Shown here one piece after another: positions 38,087 through 47,701 of a stretch of 64,000 nucleotides of DNA. The notes under the pieces are model-generated. The model did no database searches. It was not told where the DNA came from and saw only the letters and a program-made list of their open reading frames with translations. Both the position numbers and the translations under genes were made by a program. Within the stretch, counting starts at the first letter, position 1, and each line of letters starts with the position of its first letter. Where the stretch lies: sequence record PP885733.1. One strand, written 5' to 3'.

Positions 38087-39037
38087 ATGAAAGACTTTAA
38101 CATCTATGCTTTCGGCGGTACTGGTATCACTGTTCTGAACAAATACCTGAGCATCGGTAAGAACTCCCGTTTCGTTGATCAGGTAATCGGCGTTGATACC
38201 TCTGAAGCCAACCCGGTAGAAGACGGTATGTATCCAGTTCTTCGTCTGGAAGGTGCCGAAGGTTCTGGTGGTGATCGTACAGCACACCGTCCGAAGTTTG
38301 AAGACTTCGCCAAACAGATCTTCGCCAAACACGCTCCGTCCAAACTGAACATCCTGGTTTACTCTCTGGCTGGCGGTACCGGTTCCTCAATCGGTCCGTA
38401 CGCGCTGCGCTACCTGCTGCAGAAAAAGATCCCGGTACTGGTGGTCTGTGTTGGTGACATCTCTACTCTGAAAGAGCAAGAGAACACCGTTGACACCCTG
38501 GGCTCAATGTACAACCAGTCTCAGCTGAACAAAGTGCCGGTTGTCTTCTCCTACCTGGAAAACACTCCGGAAGTTTCACAGGGCGAAATCAACCGCCGCG
38601 CGTGCAGCATTATTGATAATGCACTCATGATGTTCAACCTGAAGAACGAACGTATCGACTACGCTGACCTGAAGAACTTCTTCTACTTCACCGACGTAGT
38701 TAAAGCCGATCCGATCATGACTCAGCTGACCTTCCTGGGCGACGCCGATCTGCCAAACTACAAACGCAAACCTGTAGCGGCAATCAGCCTGTACAACGAT
38801 ATCGACGATATTCGCGTACCATTCGAAAACATGCTGTACCGTAAGTCCGGTCTGTTCGGTTCCGAATTCGCTGGCGCCGAGCATTCAATCCACGCAGTTC
38901 TGGATCACGGCTCAACTCTGGAAAGCCTGAAACAGATCATCGCGGATCGCGAAGAGAAAACCAACGAACTGGCCGGTATCTTCAAGAACGTTGAAGCTAA
39001 CCCGTTTGGCGCTGGTTCTAGCGACGGTATGATCTAA
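38087..39037 (+). CDS. phuZ: Phage tubulin PhuZ/TubZ
   Basis: FGGTG, GVDTS, GSGGDR and the tubulin signature SLAGGTGS; 316 aa. Confidence 0.93.
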   Translation: MKDFNIYAFGGTGITVLNKYLSIGKNSRFVDQVIGVDTSEANPVEDGMYPVLRLEGAEGSGGDRTAHRPKFEDFAKQIFAKHAPSKLNILVYSLAGGTGSSIGPYALRYLLQKKIPVLVVCVGDISTLKEQENTVDTLGSMYNQSQLNKVPVVFSYLENTPEVSQGEINRRACSIIDNALMMFNLKNERIDYADLKNFFYFTDVVKADPIMTQLTFLGDADLPNYKRKPVAAISLYNDIDDIRVPFENMLYRKSGLFGSEFAGAEHSIHAVLDHGSTLESLKQIIADREEKTNELAGIFKNVEANPFGAGSSDGMI

Positions 39038-39051
39038 ACCTTAACAAAGGG

Positions 39052-39076
39052 GCTCCGGGAAATCCCGGAGCTTTTT
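39052..39076 (+). terminator. Intrinsic terminator after phuZ
   Basis: GCTCCGGG-AAAT-CCCGGAGC-TTTTT. Confidence 0.8.
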
Positions 39077-39082
39077 ACGCTT

Positions 39083-39370
39083 ATGAAGATAATGTTTAAT
39101 CTGGCCGGTTATCGCGGAGCACTGGCTGAAATAAATAGCAACGACATGGCGGCAGCCAATGACATCATAAGTCAGGTCTGTTCGGACAATGGATTTCCGG
39201 TAAAGCCAACCCACTTCGATTCCAATCAGTCGTTCAAACATTCTCATGCGTTTGAGGGAATCCGAGATTATGTAGAAGAGAAACTCTTTTGCATTCCTAC
39301 CACAGATGTAGCCCATTTGGTTGATCTGGGTAATCTTCAATTTCAATTAACTCTTCACAACCGGAAATAG
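39083..39370 (+). CDS. Hypothetical protein
   Basis: 95 aa. Confidence 0.6.
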   Translation: MKIMFNLAGYRGALAEINSNDMAAANDIISQVCSDNGFPVKPTHFDSNQSFKHSHAFEGIRDYVEEKLFCIPTTDVAHLVDLGNLQFQLTLHNRK

Positions 39371-39372
39371 CG

Positions 39373-39843
39373 ATGTACAACATTGATAGACGTGGACTAG
39401 AAGCAGCCATTACTATCGGCCTCATACCTTCGATTAAGAAGAATGAGGATCAAGGCGATCAGGTAGCGTACTACTTCAATATCTCTTTGGATATGCTAGT
39501 GGGTGCGTTAAACAGCAAGCACCGTAATCTGGACGACGCAGTAGAAGAACAGCTGAACCGTTTCCCAGATGACTTACAACTTCCTTTCTTATCGGAAATC
39601 ATTTATAACGAACTGGTTGAAATCAAACGTCAGTTCATCAGTGCCGGTTTTGATAACCGTCTGAAATATAAACTGGTTCACCGTGAAGTGGGTCGTTATA
39701 AGTTCTACGGCATCGCTATGGACCTGGATGAAACATTCCTGGACATGTGTGATAAAGAGCTGACTGAACCTACCGACGATGTTAGTAACGCAGTGGCAGC
39801 GGAGCCGACAATTGAACAACTTAACGCCCTCGTCAACTGGTAG
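39373..39843 (+). CDS. Conserved hypothetical protein
   Basis: 156 aa in the PhuZ-DNA polymerase interval. Confidence 0.7.
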   Translation: MYNIDRRGLEAAITIGLIPSIKKNEDQGDQVAYYFNISLDMLVGALNSKHRNLDDAVEEQLNRFPDDLQLPFLSEIIYNELVEIKRQFISAGFDNRLKYKLVHREVGRYKFYGIAMDLDETFLDMCDKELTEPTDDVSNAVAAEPTIEQLNALVNW

Positions 39844-40384
39844 CTTTATCACGTTCCGTGGCTTCGATAAAGAAATCGAAGCTTACCTGGAACCGAAGAT
39901 TCCGCTATCACACAAGTTGATTAACCAAATCGAAATACCAATCATTGTGGATGCTCTCCGCGAGTATCTGATTCGTAATGCTGGGTGTTTCACGATCAAA
40001 GGGTTCTACCGACCAAGTGATCTTTCCATCTGGTATGATCGGGAAGCATTGATCGAAGAGTTCGATGATCTCCTGATTAAGTTCAAAGACTTCATCTATA
40101 CCTTGGGTGTGGATACAGGAACACAGTACACACTGATTCGTTACCAGGATAACTTAAACTTTATCATGGTCGATGTAGTGGATAACCGTGAGCCGGAATT
40201 CCCAAGTCTGGATGAAGAGAACGAGTTACGCTTCAAGTACGCGCTTGAAGAAGCTCAAGGTCATCTGGAAGCAATGATCAGTCGGATGCAAGACAAGTTC
40301 GACTATATTCAGGATCCCGATGCATTTGTGAAAGAACTCATTGGTGATCGCTTACCAGAAGTGTTGAGAAGGCATCTCATATAA
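39779..40384 (+). CDS. Conserved hypothetical protein
   Basis: ~190-201 aa; start may be the TTG at 39812. Confidence 0.7.
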   Translation: MLVTQWQRSRQLNNLTPSSTGSFITFRGFDKEIEAYLEPKIPLSHKLINQIEIPIIVDALREYLIRNAGCFTIKGFYRPSDLSIWYDREALIEEFDDLLIKFKDFIYTLGVDTGTQYTLIRYQDNLNFIMVDVVDNREPEFPSLDEENELRFKYALEEAQGHLEAMISRMQDKFDYIQDPDAFVKELIGDRLPEVLRRHLI

Positions 40385-40391
40385 GGGGGAA

Positions 40392-40826
40392 TTGGTGAAG
40401 TTGTATTCAGTAAACATTTCACCTTTACTCCGAGTGATTAAACGTTTTGATTTAGACCGAGATACCTTCTTCGACATCATCTTTGACTTCCTCTCGCACC
40501 AGCGGGAGGAGGTCTTGAACCTGCGCTTATATCAGCGTTATGGATTTATGGGTGATCGTATAAAAGAAGAGATCCGTCCTATTTTATACACGTTACTAAA
40601 TGAACTCCATCGCTCGGATAATGTGGAAGGGTATTTTGTAAATAAGACACAGTTATATGTAAAAGACGGAGATTACGAATATGACCACGAACACGACGAT
40701 GCAAGAACAACCGAAATCGGTATACAGTCACACTCTGATGTATCCCGGCGTTCCGTTGAGCTCGCTTATCTCGATGACTGGCCTTTTGCTCGGCGCTTAC
40801 GGCGTTCAGCACCAACTGGCGATTGA
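40392..40826 (+). CDS. Hypothetical protein
   Basis: TTG/GTG start after AAGGGG; 3' end overlaps the next gene. Confidence 0.6.
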   Translation: MVKLYSVNISPLLRVIKRFDLDRDTFFDIIFDFLSHQREEVLNLRLYQRYGFMGDRIKEEIRPILYTLLNELHRSDNVEGYFVNKTQLYVKDGDYEYDHEHDDARTTEIGIQSHSDVSRRSVELAYLDDWPFARRLRRSAPTGD

Positions 40827-41004
40827 TCCCAATCTGACCAGTGAACAAATCACCAGCGGTGATAAAATCGCTGACCAGCGTTTCATGAATGAGTACATGG
40901 CGTTCAAGAACTCTCTTGATAGCCTGTCTCGCGACTACACACGTATCGTCTGTACCGCACAATCAAACGGAACAGCGTTATACCTTCATCTATATTGCTA
41001 TTAG
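40681..41004 (+). CDS. Hypothetical protein
   Basis: 107 aa, GGAG SD. Confidence 0.65.
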   Translation: MTTNTTMQEQPKSVYSHTLMYPGVPLSSLISMTGLLLGAYGVQHQLAIDPNLTSEQITSGDKIADQRFMNEYMAFKNSLDSLSRDYTRIVCTAQSNGTALYLHLYCY

Positions 41005-41012
41005 GTAAGCAC

Positions 41013-41702
41013 ATGCAAATTGAAACCAAAGAGTTTGAAGGCGTGGATGATGCGACTGTTTATGTCAGCATGAACAACTTCAACTACGACAAACTCATTG
41101 ATCGAATCATCAAACATACCGGTATGGGTGATACCGAGTTAACCGATGGGGTAATCCAACGGATCTTCAAAGATCTGGCTAAAGTGTTCAACCAGAACAA
41201 GCGCAAAGAGCTGACCCCAGAAGAAGTTAAGGTGGCCGAAACCTTCATGAAGGATTTGGTTGGTCTGCGCTTTAGCGACTATGAAGATGAAGAAGCTTCT
41301 GAGTTCTACGTCGCACTGAGCGAAGCTATGGAGTGGAGCTTACAGAACTTCCAAGAGGTTCTGACTGGTGCCATTCCGCTGGAAGAAGTTAGCGATACTT
41401 CCAAAGACTTCTACGATGCACTCCTCGAACTGATGGATGCGGAATCGATGATTGATGAAGAAGATGGGGAGCTCGCAATGGCTACTCTGGAACGTCTTCA
41501 GGAAATCTTATCCGATTATGTCAGTGGTGAGTTCGATGAGCTTCAGCTGGCGATTCTGGCCGAGATGGAAAAGAACCTGTTGGATGGTGAGCTAATCACC
41601 GGACTGCAAGTTGAAAACCGTCCAGGTCGTGTCGTTAAGCACGGGGATTCTTTGGTGACGTTCCCGCTCATCTTAATGAAGGCAACTGGTAATGGATATT
41701 AA
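41013..41702 (+). CDS. Acidic hypothetical protein
   Basis: Start placed at MQIETK after TAGG; D/E-rich helical sequence. Confidence 0.7.
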   Translation: MQIETKEFEGVDDATVYVSMNNFNYDKLIDRIIKHTGMGDTELTDGVIQRIFKDLAKVFNQNKRKELTPEEVKVAETFMKDLVGLRFSDYEDEEASEFYVALSEAMEWSLQNFQEVLTGAIPLEEVSDTSKDFYDALLELMDAESMIDEEDGELAMATLERLQEILSDYVSGEFDELQLAILAEMEKNLLDGELITGLQVENRPGRVVKHGDSLVTFPLILMKATGNGY

Positions 41703-42111
41703 ACTCATCAAAGATGGTGATATCGTTAACTTCGATATGATCAAACCAGGAATCTTCGGTGATCAATACAAGGCGGCTATCGTGTCAGCAGTTTGTGACT
41801 ACAATACCGCCCGTATTGTTGATCCCGATATCAATTCCAAACATGCCAACTTCTATCCTTTCTTTAAGGATAGCGTTGACAACGTAGATAATCCCAACAT
41901 CTACAAGTATCTGATTCTTCAGCTGGACAAGACCGTTTCGAAACTGGTGGTTATTGGGTTCCCTTGGATTAACCAAGACAGCCTGAAAACTATCCAGACT
42001 CGTTACGCTACTGTAATCATCCAGAACTTCCAAGAATACCATCGTGCTCCATTGGTGGACTTCCTGGAAAACCTCGGGGTGACTTACCAGTATACGGTAT
42101 CTGATCAATAA
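41692..42111 (+). CDS. Conserved hypothetical protein
   Basis: 139 aa immediately upstream of the DNA polymerase. Confidence 0.7.
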   Translation: MDIKLIKDGDIVNFDMIKPGIFGDQYKAAIVSAVCDYNTARIVDPDINSKHANFYPFFKDSVDNVDNPNIYKYLILQLDKTVSKLVVIGFPWINQDSLKTIQTRYATVIIQNFQEYHRAPLVDFLENLGVTYQYTVSDQ

Positions 42112-42206
42112 AAATAATTAACTGATTACTGAATCTACCATAAGGTAGGTTCGGTAATCTATTTACCTCACAATTATTTTTTTTTTATTCCAATGAGGGA
42201 ATCAGC

Positions 42207-44285
42207 ATGTCTGGAGTTGGTCCTTTTCTCTCGGAAGACTACGGGAGTGACCGCAGCTTAATTAAGCACGCGCTCGATCAATATTCAATGGTGATTGGTC
42301 GTTCAAACCAGTTACCTGAAGACGAGGTTCGTAGCAATCTCGTTGAGTTCTTTAAAGACCATCGCGATCAGTATAAGTCTCGTCGTGCTAAGGTAATCGT
42401 TAAGAACAAAGTAGAAGACCGCGAAGTTAAAATCATTCCACTGTCTTCTGTATTCAAGCATGTACAAGAACGTAACTATCACTTTAGCCCGTCGATGGTG
42501 GCTTACAAGAACTCTGATGAAGAAGAGTGTGTGAATAGTATCGGTACGCGTAAGTTCATCGACAACCGTTCCTACTATAAGGGACTGATGCAGAAAGCAC
42601 GTGACGTCGGTGACATTGAAAACCGTGATAAGTACAAAGAGATTCAGAACGCCTTTAAGATCTTCAACAACGCCCAATCCGGCGCTATGTCATCTGAAGG
42701 CACACCAATCAACAACAAGACCGGTCACACTTCACTGACCTCCACTTGTCGTTGCCTGACCTCTACAGCCAACCTCATCAACGAACAGTTCATTGCGGGG
42801 AATAGATTCTACAATACACCGGAGAATACACTACAGGCTATCGTAGCGAGGCTTAAGGTCACGGATTATAAAGCACTTGAAACCGTGATGGAGAAGTACA
42901 ATCTCCATTATGCTACCACCGAAGATCTCATGGATCGCGTTGAGTACTGCTCTCGTCGTTATTGGCAGTCAGCTAAACACATGGGGATTATCCGTAAGTT
43001 CCTGGAAAACATATCTCCTCTGGAACGTTCTGCTGTTCTGTATAACCTGGACCTGGTATCGCTGTACAAACACAACACCAAGTTCATGAACCAGTTCTTC
43101 GATGAGTGGGTTCACATTGCAGATCCAGAAGAAGGTAAAACTGAGAAAGATTACCTGGCTCCAGATAACGGTGACAAATACGTTCTGTGTGTTTCCAAGC
43201 TTCCTCGTAAACCGTCGAAGACTGTCATCAATGCACTGAACACCCACCACATGGAAGTAGAAGGGAAGTACACTGACTTTATGCATCAGTTCTTCCATTC
43301 AACCATTCCACCATCAGGACTGTTTGATGTTACTTCTGCGGTACGTGACTGTGTACTGACTTCCGATACTGACTCATCTATCTACACCGTGGATGAAATG
43401 ATCGAAGCATATACTCATGACCGTGACAAAGGTATCCGTCTTAACGGTGTTCTGACTTACTTCATTCGCATGATCTCTGTTGATCAGCACCAACAGCTCT
43501 CAGCTAACTTAAACGTAGCTAAGAAGAACCTGCGTATGCTGGGTATGAAGAACGAGTACTACTTTGGTGCCTACGTTACCACTCTGATGTCTAAACACTA
43601 TTATGCCAGCCAGCAAATGGTAGAAGGTGTGATGAACGTCGAGCCGGAAATGGAAATCAAAGGTGTTCACCTGAAGTCATCTAAGATCGCTTCGAACATT
43701 AAAGACTTCGCTCAGAAACTGATGGGCGATACTTTAGACGCGATTGAGAACAAGAAGAAACTCAATGCTCCTGAAACTCTGAGAGAGATTGGTGATCTGG
43801 AACGTACCATCGTTGATGATATCCAGGCTGGGGATTGGAAGTGGTTGTCACGTCAGGGTGTTAAAGGTGCGGCTTCTTATAGCAAACCAATGGCCTCTGT
43901 GTACTTCTACCACGAGTTGTGGGAACAAGTGTTCTCAGCTAAATACGGTCCTGCTCCTGAGCTTCCTTATGTTGGGATCAAGATGTCTGTAGACCTGGGT
44001 TCTAAAACTAAGATCAAGGAGTTCGTAGAGAAGCTGGAAGATAAAGAACTGGCTGAACGTTTCCAGAAGTTTATGGATGAGAATGGTCGTACTGATTTAG
44101 GTAACTTGGTTATCCCTATGGAACGTCTGCAGTTCATGGCCGACATTCCAGCCGAAGTGAAACAAGCTATCGACTATCGCACCATCATCAAACAGAACCT
44201 GAAATGCGTTTATGAAGTTCTGAACTCAACCGGTCTGTACTTTATGAATGACAGCATCACTCGACTGGTATCTGACGAACACTAA
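42207..44285 (+). CDS. Family-B DNA polymerase, catalytic subunit of a split enzyme (phiKZ gp50-like)
   Basis: PolB motifs KIFNNAQSG, LTSTCR, TSDTDS, SKHYY, IKGV; no proofreading domain. Confidence 0.85.
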   Translation: MSGVGPFLSEDYGSDRSLIKHALDQYSMVIGRSNQLPEDEVRSNLVEFFKDHRDQYKSRRAKVIVKNKVEDREVKIIPLSSVFKHVQERNYHFSPSMVAYKNSDEEECVNSIGTRKFIDNRSYYKGLMQKARDVGDIENRDKYKEIQNAFKIFNNAQSGAMSSEGTPINNKTGHTSLTSTCRCLTSTANLINEQFIAGNRFYNTPENTLQAIVARLKVTDYKALETVMEKYNLHYATTEDLMDRVEYCSRRYWQSAKHMGIIRKFLENISPLERSAVLYNLDLVSLYKHNTKFMNQFFDEWVHIADPEEGKTEKDYLAPDNGDKYVLCVSKLPRKPSKTVINALNTHHMEVEGKYTDFMHQFFHSTIPPSGLFDVTSAVRDCVLTSDTDSSIYTVDEMIEAYTHDRDKGIRLNGVLTYFIRMISVDQHQQLSANLNVAKKNLRMLGMKNEYYFGAYVTTLMSKHYYASQQMVEGVMNVEPEMEIKGVHLKSSKIASNIKDFAQKLMGDTLDAIENKKKLNAPETLREIGDLERTIVDDIQAGDWKWLSRQGVKGAASYSKPMASVYFYHELWEQVFSAKYGPAPELPYVGIKMSVDLGSKTKIKEFVEKLEDKELAERFQKFMDENGRTDLGNLVIPMERLQFMADIPAEVKQAIDYRTIIKQNLKCVYEVLNSTGLYFMNDSITRLVSDEH

Positions 44286-44306
44286 TTAATTCTATGTAAA
44301 CATATT

Positions 44307-44335
44307 GAGTTCAGGAGCCATTGGCTCCTGAACTC
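44307..44335. terminator. Bidirectional terminator (14-bp perfect inverted repeat)
   Basis: GAGTTCAGGAGCCA-T-TGGCTCCTGAACTC between convergent genes. Confidence 0.75.
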
Positions 44336-44345
44336 GTGATATGTG

Positions 44346-45437
44346 TTATATAAAGGTTTTGACATCGTTGTGTAGCTGAGTAAACTTGGTAGCCCAGTTC
44401 TGATCCTTGATTTGGTTTACTTGAGCCTGGAAAGACTCTTTATAGTAATCCCTTAATGCTGCCATGAATACCCCGTCAACCGTCCCTATAGCCTTGTTAT
44501 AGGCTAGATACTTCTCAGCCATACCTAAGGCAGGGAAAGTCCATACCCAGCTCAGTTGCATGAACATGAGGCTTTTGTAGGTATCAGGGAAGATCATCTT
44601 ATACTGATCTACAGCAATGTTTACAGGTTGGTTAATCTGGATGAACTCAGTATATGACTTCATAGGTTCCGTCAGCATAGCACGGTTCTTATGGTCAGTA
44701 TAATCCTTCAAGTTACCGGCGTAAGGTTCCAGTGCGAATTCGCCCTTACTTATATAGATGGAGTTCTCTCTACTATTAAGGTAGTTAAAGTTAACCAACT
44801 CGTTGTGGTAGAGATAACAGTTCATCAATGGGAAGTTAGCGATATACCCATGAGGAGAGTTACCGTATTCCCGACCTGACTTCAGCCAGCGGTAGAAACC
44901 AATAACTAAGGCATAGATGTCAATCTGGATGATGGTGTGGATCGGAGTCTCAGCTTTCCTGTCCTGAGTATCCATCAACTCCGTGAGATCCCAACGTTGT
45001 TTCGTATCCGTCGTGTAGATTGGATAGAAAGGAACGAGGTTATTTAAATCTGAACTGAAGTAACTATTAATTTGTACACGATCGGGTTTTCCGAAAGGTA
45101 CGACCAGAAGTGTCCTGTGGTTTGATTCTGGATAGACCGATAAAGGATGATCCTTTCCTTTATTGTACAAGCACGTCATTGACATCAAACTTGCCAGAGA
45201 CTGTGCGTTGGTATCGATCACATTAATTAAGTAGTCGGTAGTCCATTCTACGTTCACGGAGAAGACTTGTAATAACCCAACCAGTGGGTTCTGGTTTTGA
45301 ACTGTTCGCCCACCGAGGTTAAGCCAGCTTTCGAAAGAGTCATCGTTACGTGCCATGATTCTTCTGAGGTTGCCTAAACCACCGTAGGCTTTCATCGAAT
45401 AGTTCATTCCATTATGTTGAAGCTTTAAGTTAGACAT
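44346..45437 (-). CDS. Conserved virion protein (phiKZ gp52-like position)
   Basis: 363 aa on the opposite strand between DNA polymerase and chimallin; synteny. Confidence 0.55.
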   Translation of the reverse strand: MSNLKLQHNGMNYSMKAYGGLGNLRRIMARNDDSFESWLNLGGRTVQNQNPLVGLLQVFSVNVEWTTDYLINVIDTNAQSLASLMSMTCLYNKGKDHPLSVYPESNHRTLLVVPFGKPDRVQINSYFSSDLNNLVPFYPIYTTDTKQRWDLTELMDTQDRKAETPIHTIIQIDIYALVIGFYRWLKSGREYGNSPHGYIANFPLMNCYLYHNELVNFNYLNSRENSIYISKGEFALEPYAGNLKDYTDHKNRAMLTEPMKSYTEFIQINQPVNIAVDQYKMIFPDTYKSLMFMQLSWVWTFPALGMAEKYLAYNKAIGTVDGVFMAALRDYYKESFQAQVNQIKDQNWATKFTQLHNDVKTFI

Positions 45438-45605
45438 TAATGGATAGCCCTTCAGAAAACATCATTAATTTTTTAATGACACTTTCTATTATATGTAAAA
45501 TAAACTTTCAAGGTTAATCCTTGAAGGTATAACGGGAGTCGTACGTTTATTTGTCTTTCTACATACGATTTCGTTGTTATTTTTATCACTCCAAAATAAT
45601 TGAAG

Positions 45606-45627
45606 TCTATATTATTAGAGTGTATAG
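45606..45627 (+). promoter_or_regulatory. Putative early promoter of chmA
   Basis: TATATTAT-tagag-TGTA. Confidence 0.65.
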
Positions 45628-45698
45628 AAGAACAAGTGTTTCTTCAATATCTCCCACTAAGTAAATTAACGTTAATCTATTACTAAGGAATTTATATA

Positions 45699-47606
45699 AT
45701 GTCTCTCGATAACAACTTCGACGCAAACAACTCTTCTTCCAACAAACCAAACCAAGGTGCAAACACTAACATGAGCAACAACCCATTACTCGACCTGCTG
45801 GGCGTAGCAAACCTGATCTCTTCCACTCACTCCATCGCGGAAGTGAACGACATCCAGAAATCTCTGGAAGACACCGTGAAGTACCTGGATAAGAACACCG
45901 CATCTCAGGCGCAGAAACTGTCCCTGCCGCGCACTATCCAGCAGATCACTTCTGACATCAGCCCGCAGCTGCCAGGCATCGCACTGAGCACCGTTGTCAA
46001 CAACACCTGCTACGTCATGCCAGTTCTGTTCTTCAAATCCGGCGTAACCGAAGCGACTGAAAGCATCTACCTGGCCAACGAAACCATGCCGCGCGGCGTT
46101 GCTAAAGCAGCGACCAGCTTCATGAACGGCGAGCTGATGGAACGCATCAAACAGGCGTACGCAGTACGTGACGGCAAAACCATGGATCGCGTGATCATCG
46201 TTTCCCCGAAAGTGGAAAACCTGGAAGCGAACCTGAAGAACGCCCTGAAAGTTGAAGACGTCGTTGTTGACGTTCGCAACTCCATTCTGAAAGAGTGGAC
46301 CACTGGCCTGTTCAACCTGGTTGGCCTGGACGTGATCAAAGCTGGCGGCAAACTACCGGTAATGTTCAAAGACGGCAAAGTGTTCGGTAAAGACGACGCG
46401 GCTGTTGCTCGTGTTGAAGCGGTAAACAAACTGTCCATCGATGGTAAACCAACCTCGTACAACCTGGCGGTTAAACTGTCTACCACCAACAAAAACAACA
46501 CCCAAAACGTCAACTCCAACAACACCAAAACCATCGCGACCAGCTACCTGACCGTTACCCTGGAAGCCATGAACCAGCAGCAGTTCCTGCAAGCTCGTCA
46601 GCAGCGCCCAGGTCACGGCGTCGGTCCTCTGGTACCAGTAATCTCCACCGGCGTAACTCTGCCAGGCGAAACTCTGAACCAGAACAACTCCATGCTGACC
46701 GCACTGCTGGGTCTGTACGCTTCTATCGGCGCAAACCAGCTGCAGTTCTTCTCTGAAGCGTTCCGCGGTAAAGAAGTGGGTAACCGTGGTAACATCGGTA
46801 ACTTCAACAACTACCTGACTCAGATGCTGGGCGGCGCATACGGTACGCAGCAAGCTATCACCGACAAAAACATCACCAACGCCGCGGTTACCAACGCATG
46901 GCTGCAGAACTACGTAGCTCCGAACGCAGTATACGTTCTGGATCTGCCAATGTTCTCTGACGACGTTTCTAACGGCGACTTCTGGTGGAACATCATCGGT
47001 AAACAGTCTGGCTCTACCTACCACCGTACTCTGATCGCTCTGCTGGATAGCCTGTCTGGCGGCAACTTCTCTACCATCATCGCAGAACACGCCAGCCGTG
47101 CTGGTCGCGACGCGAAGAAAGAGTGGGCTGCTGGCGACGCAATCCTGAACGCAACCCAGATGATGATCCCAACTGGTATCGCACAGGGCAAAGACGGCAA
47201 ATGGTTCAACCTGGCTGAAGTTGACGGCATGTTCCTGCGTCAGGAAAACTACTACGGTTCCAACGAAGCAGCAGTCAACGAATACCTGGCACTGCTGAGC
47301 GGCCATTCTGGCGGCGACTGGAAAGTACGTCAGTTCAACATCTACAACCGTCTGAACCAGCTGTTCAGCTCCAACGTCATCATCGATGGCTGGTCTCGTC
47401 GCCTGATCTGGTCTGATGCGTTCTTCAACACGATCGCAAAAGCAATGGCTGGCGCGGGTATGCTGAGCATGTCCGGTTCTGTAGGTCAGTCCATGTGGAC
47501 CATGCAGTACAGCAACGACTACCTGACCAACACCATTTCTGCGGGCATCAACCAGTCCATGCCGGTTGGCGCAATGCAGTTCAACGGTGGTTACACTCAC
47601 TACTAA
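45699..47606 (+). CDS. chmA: Chimallin, phage nuclear shell protein
   Basis: 635 aa, very strong high-expression codon bias, early promoter, position between the gp52-like gene and nvRNAP beta' as in all nucleus-forming phages. Confidence 0.85.
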   Translation: MSLDNNFDANNSSSNKPNQGANTNMSNNPLLDLLGVANLISSTHSIAEVNDIQKSLEDTVKYLDKNTASQAQKLSLPRTIQQITSDISPQLPGIALSTVVNNTCYVMPVLFFKSGVTEATESIYLANETMPRGVAKAATSFMNGELMERIKQAYAVRDGKTMDRVIIVSPKVENLEANLKNALKVEDVVVDVRNSILKEWTTGLFNLVGLDVIKAGGKLPVMFKDGKVFGKDDAAVARVEAVNKLSIDGKPTSYNLAVKLSTTNKNNTQNVNSNNTKTIATSYLTVTLEAMNQQQFLQARQQRPGHGVGPLVPVISTGVTLPGETLNQNNSMLTALLGLYASIGANQLQFFSEAFRGKEVGNRGNIGNFNNYLTQMLGGAYGTQQAITDKNITNAAVTNAWLQNYVAPNAVYVLDLPMFSDDVSNGDFWWNIIGKQSGSTYHRTLIALLDSLSGGNFSTIIAEHASRAGRDAKKEWAAGDAILNATQMMIPTGIAQGKDGKWFNLAEVDGMFLRQENYYGSNEAAVNEYLALLSGHSGGDWKVRQFNIYNRLNQLFSSNVIIDGWSRRLIWSDAFFNTIAKAMAGAGMLSMSGSVGQSMWTMQYSNDYLTNTISAGINQSMPVGAMQFNGGYTHY

Positions 47607-47644
47607 TAAGTAGCGATATAAACCTGGTAGTTAATTAGCAAACC

Positions 47645-47682
47645 ACAGAGAAGGAGGGAGCAATCCTTCCTTCTCTGTTTTT
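47645..47682 (+). terminator. Intrinsic terminator after chmA
   Basis: ACAGAGAAGGA...TCCTTCTCTGT-TTTT. Confidence 0.8.
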
Positions 47683-47701
47683 ACTTAGGAGTTTTATTTT
47701 T

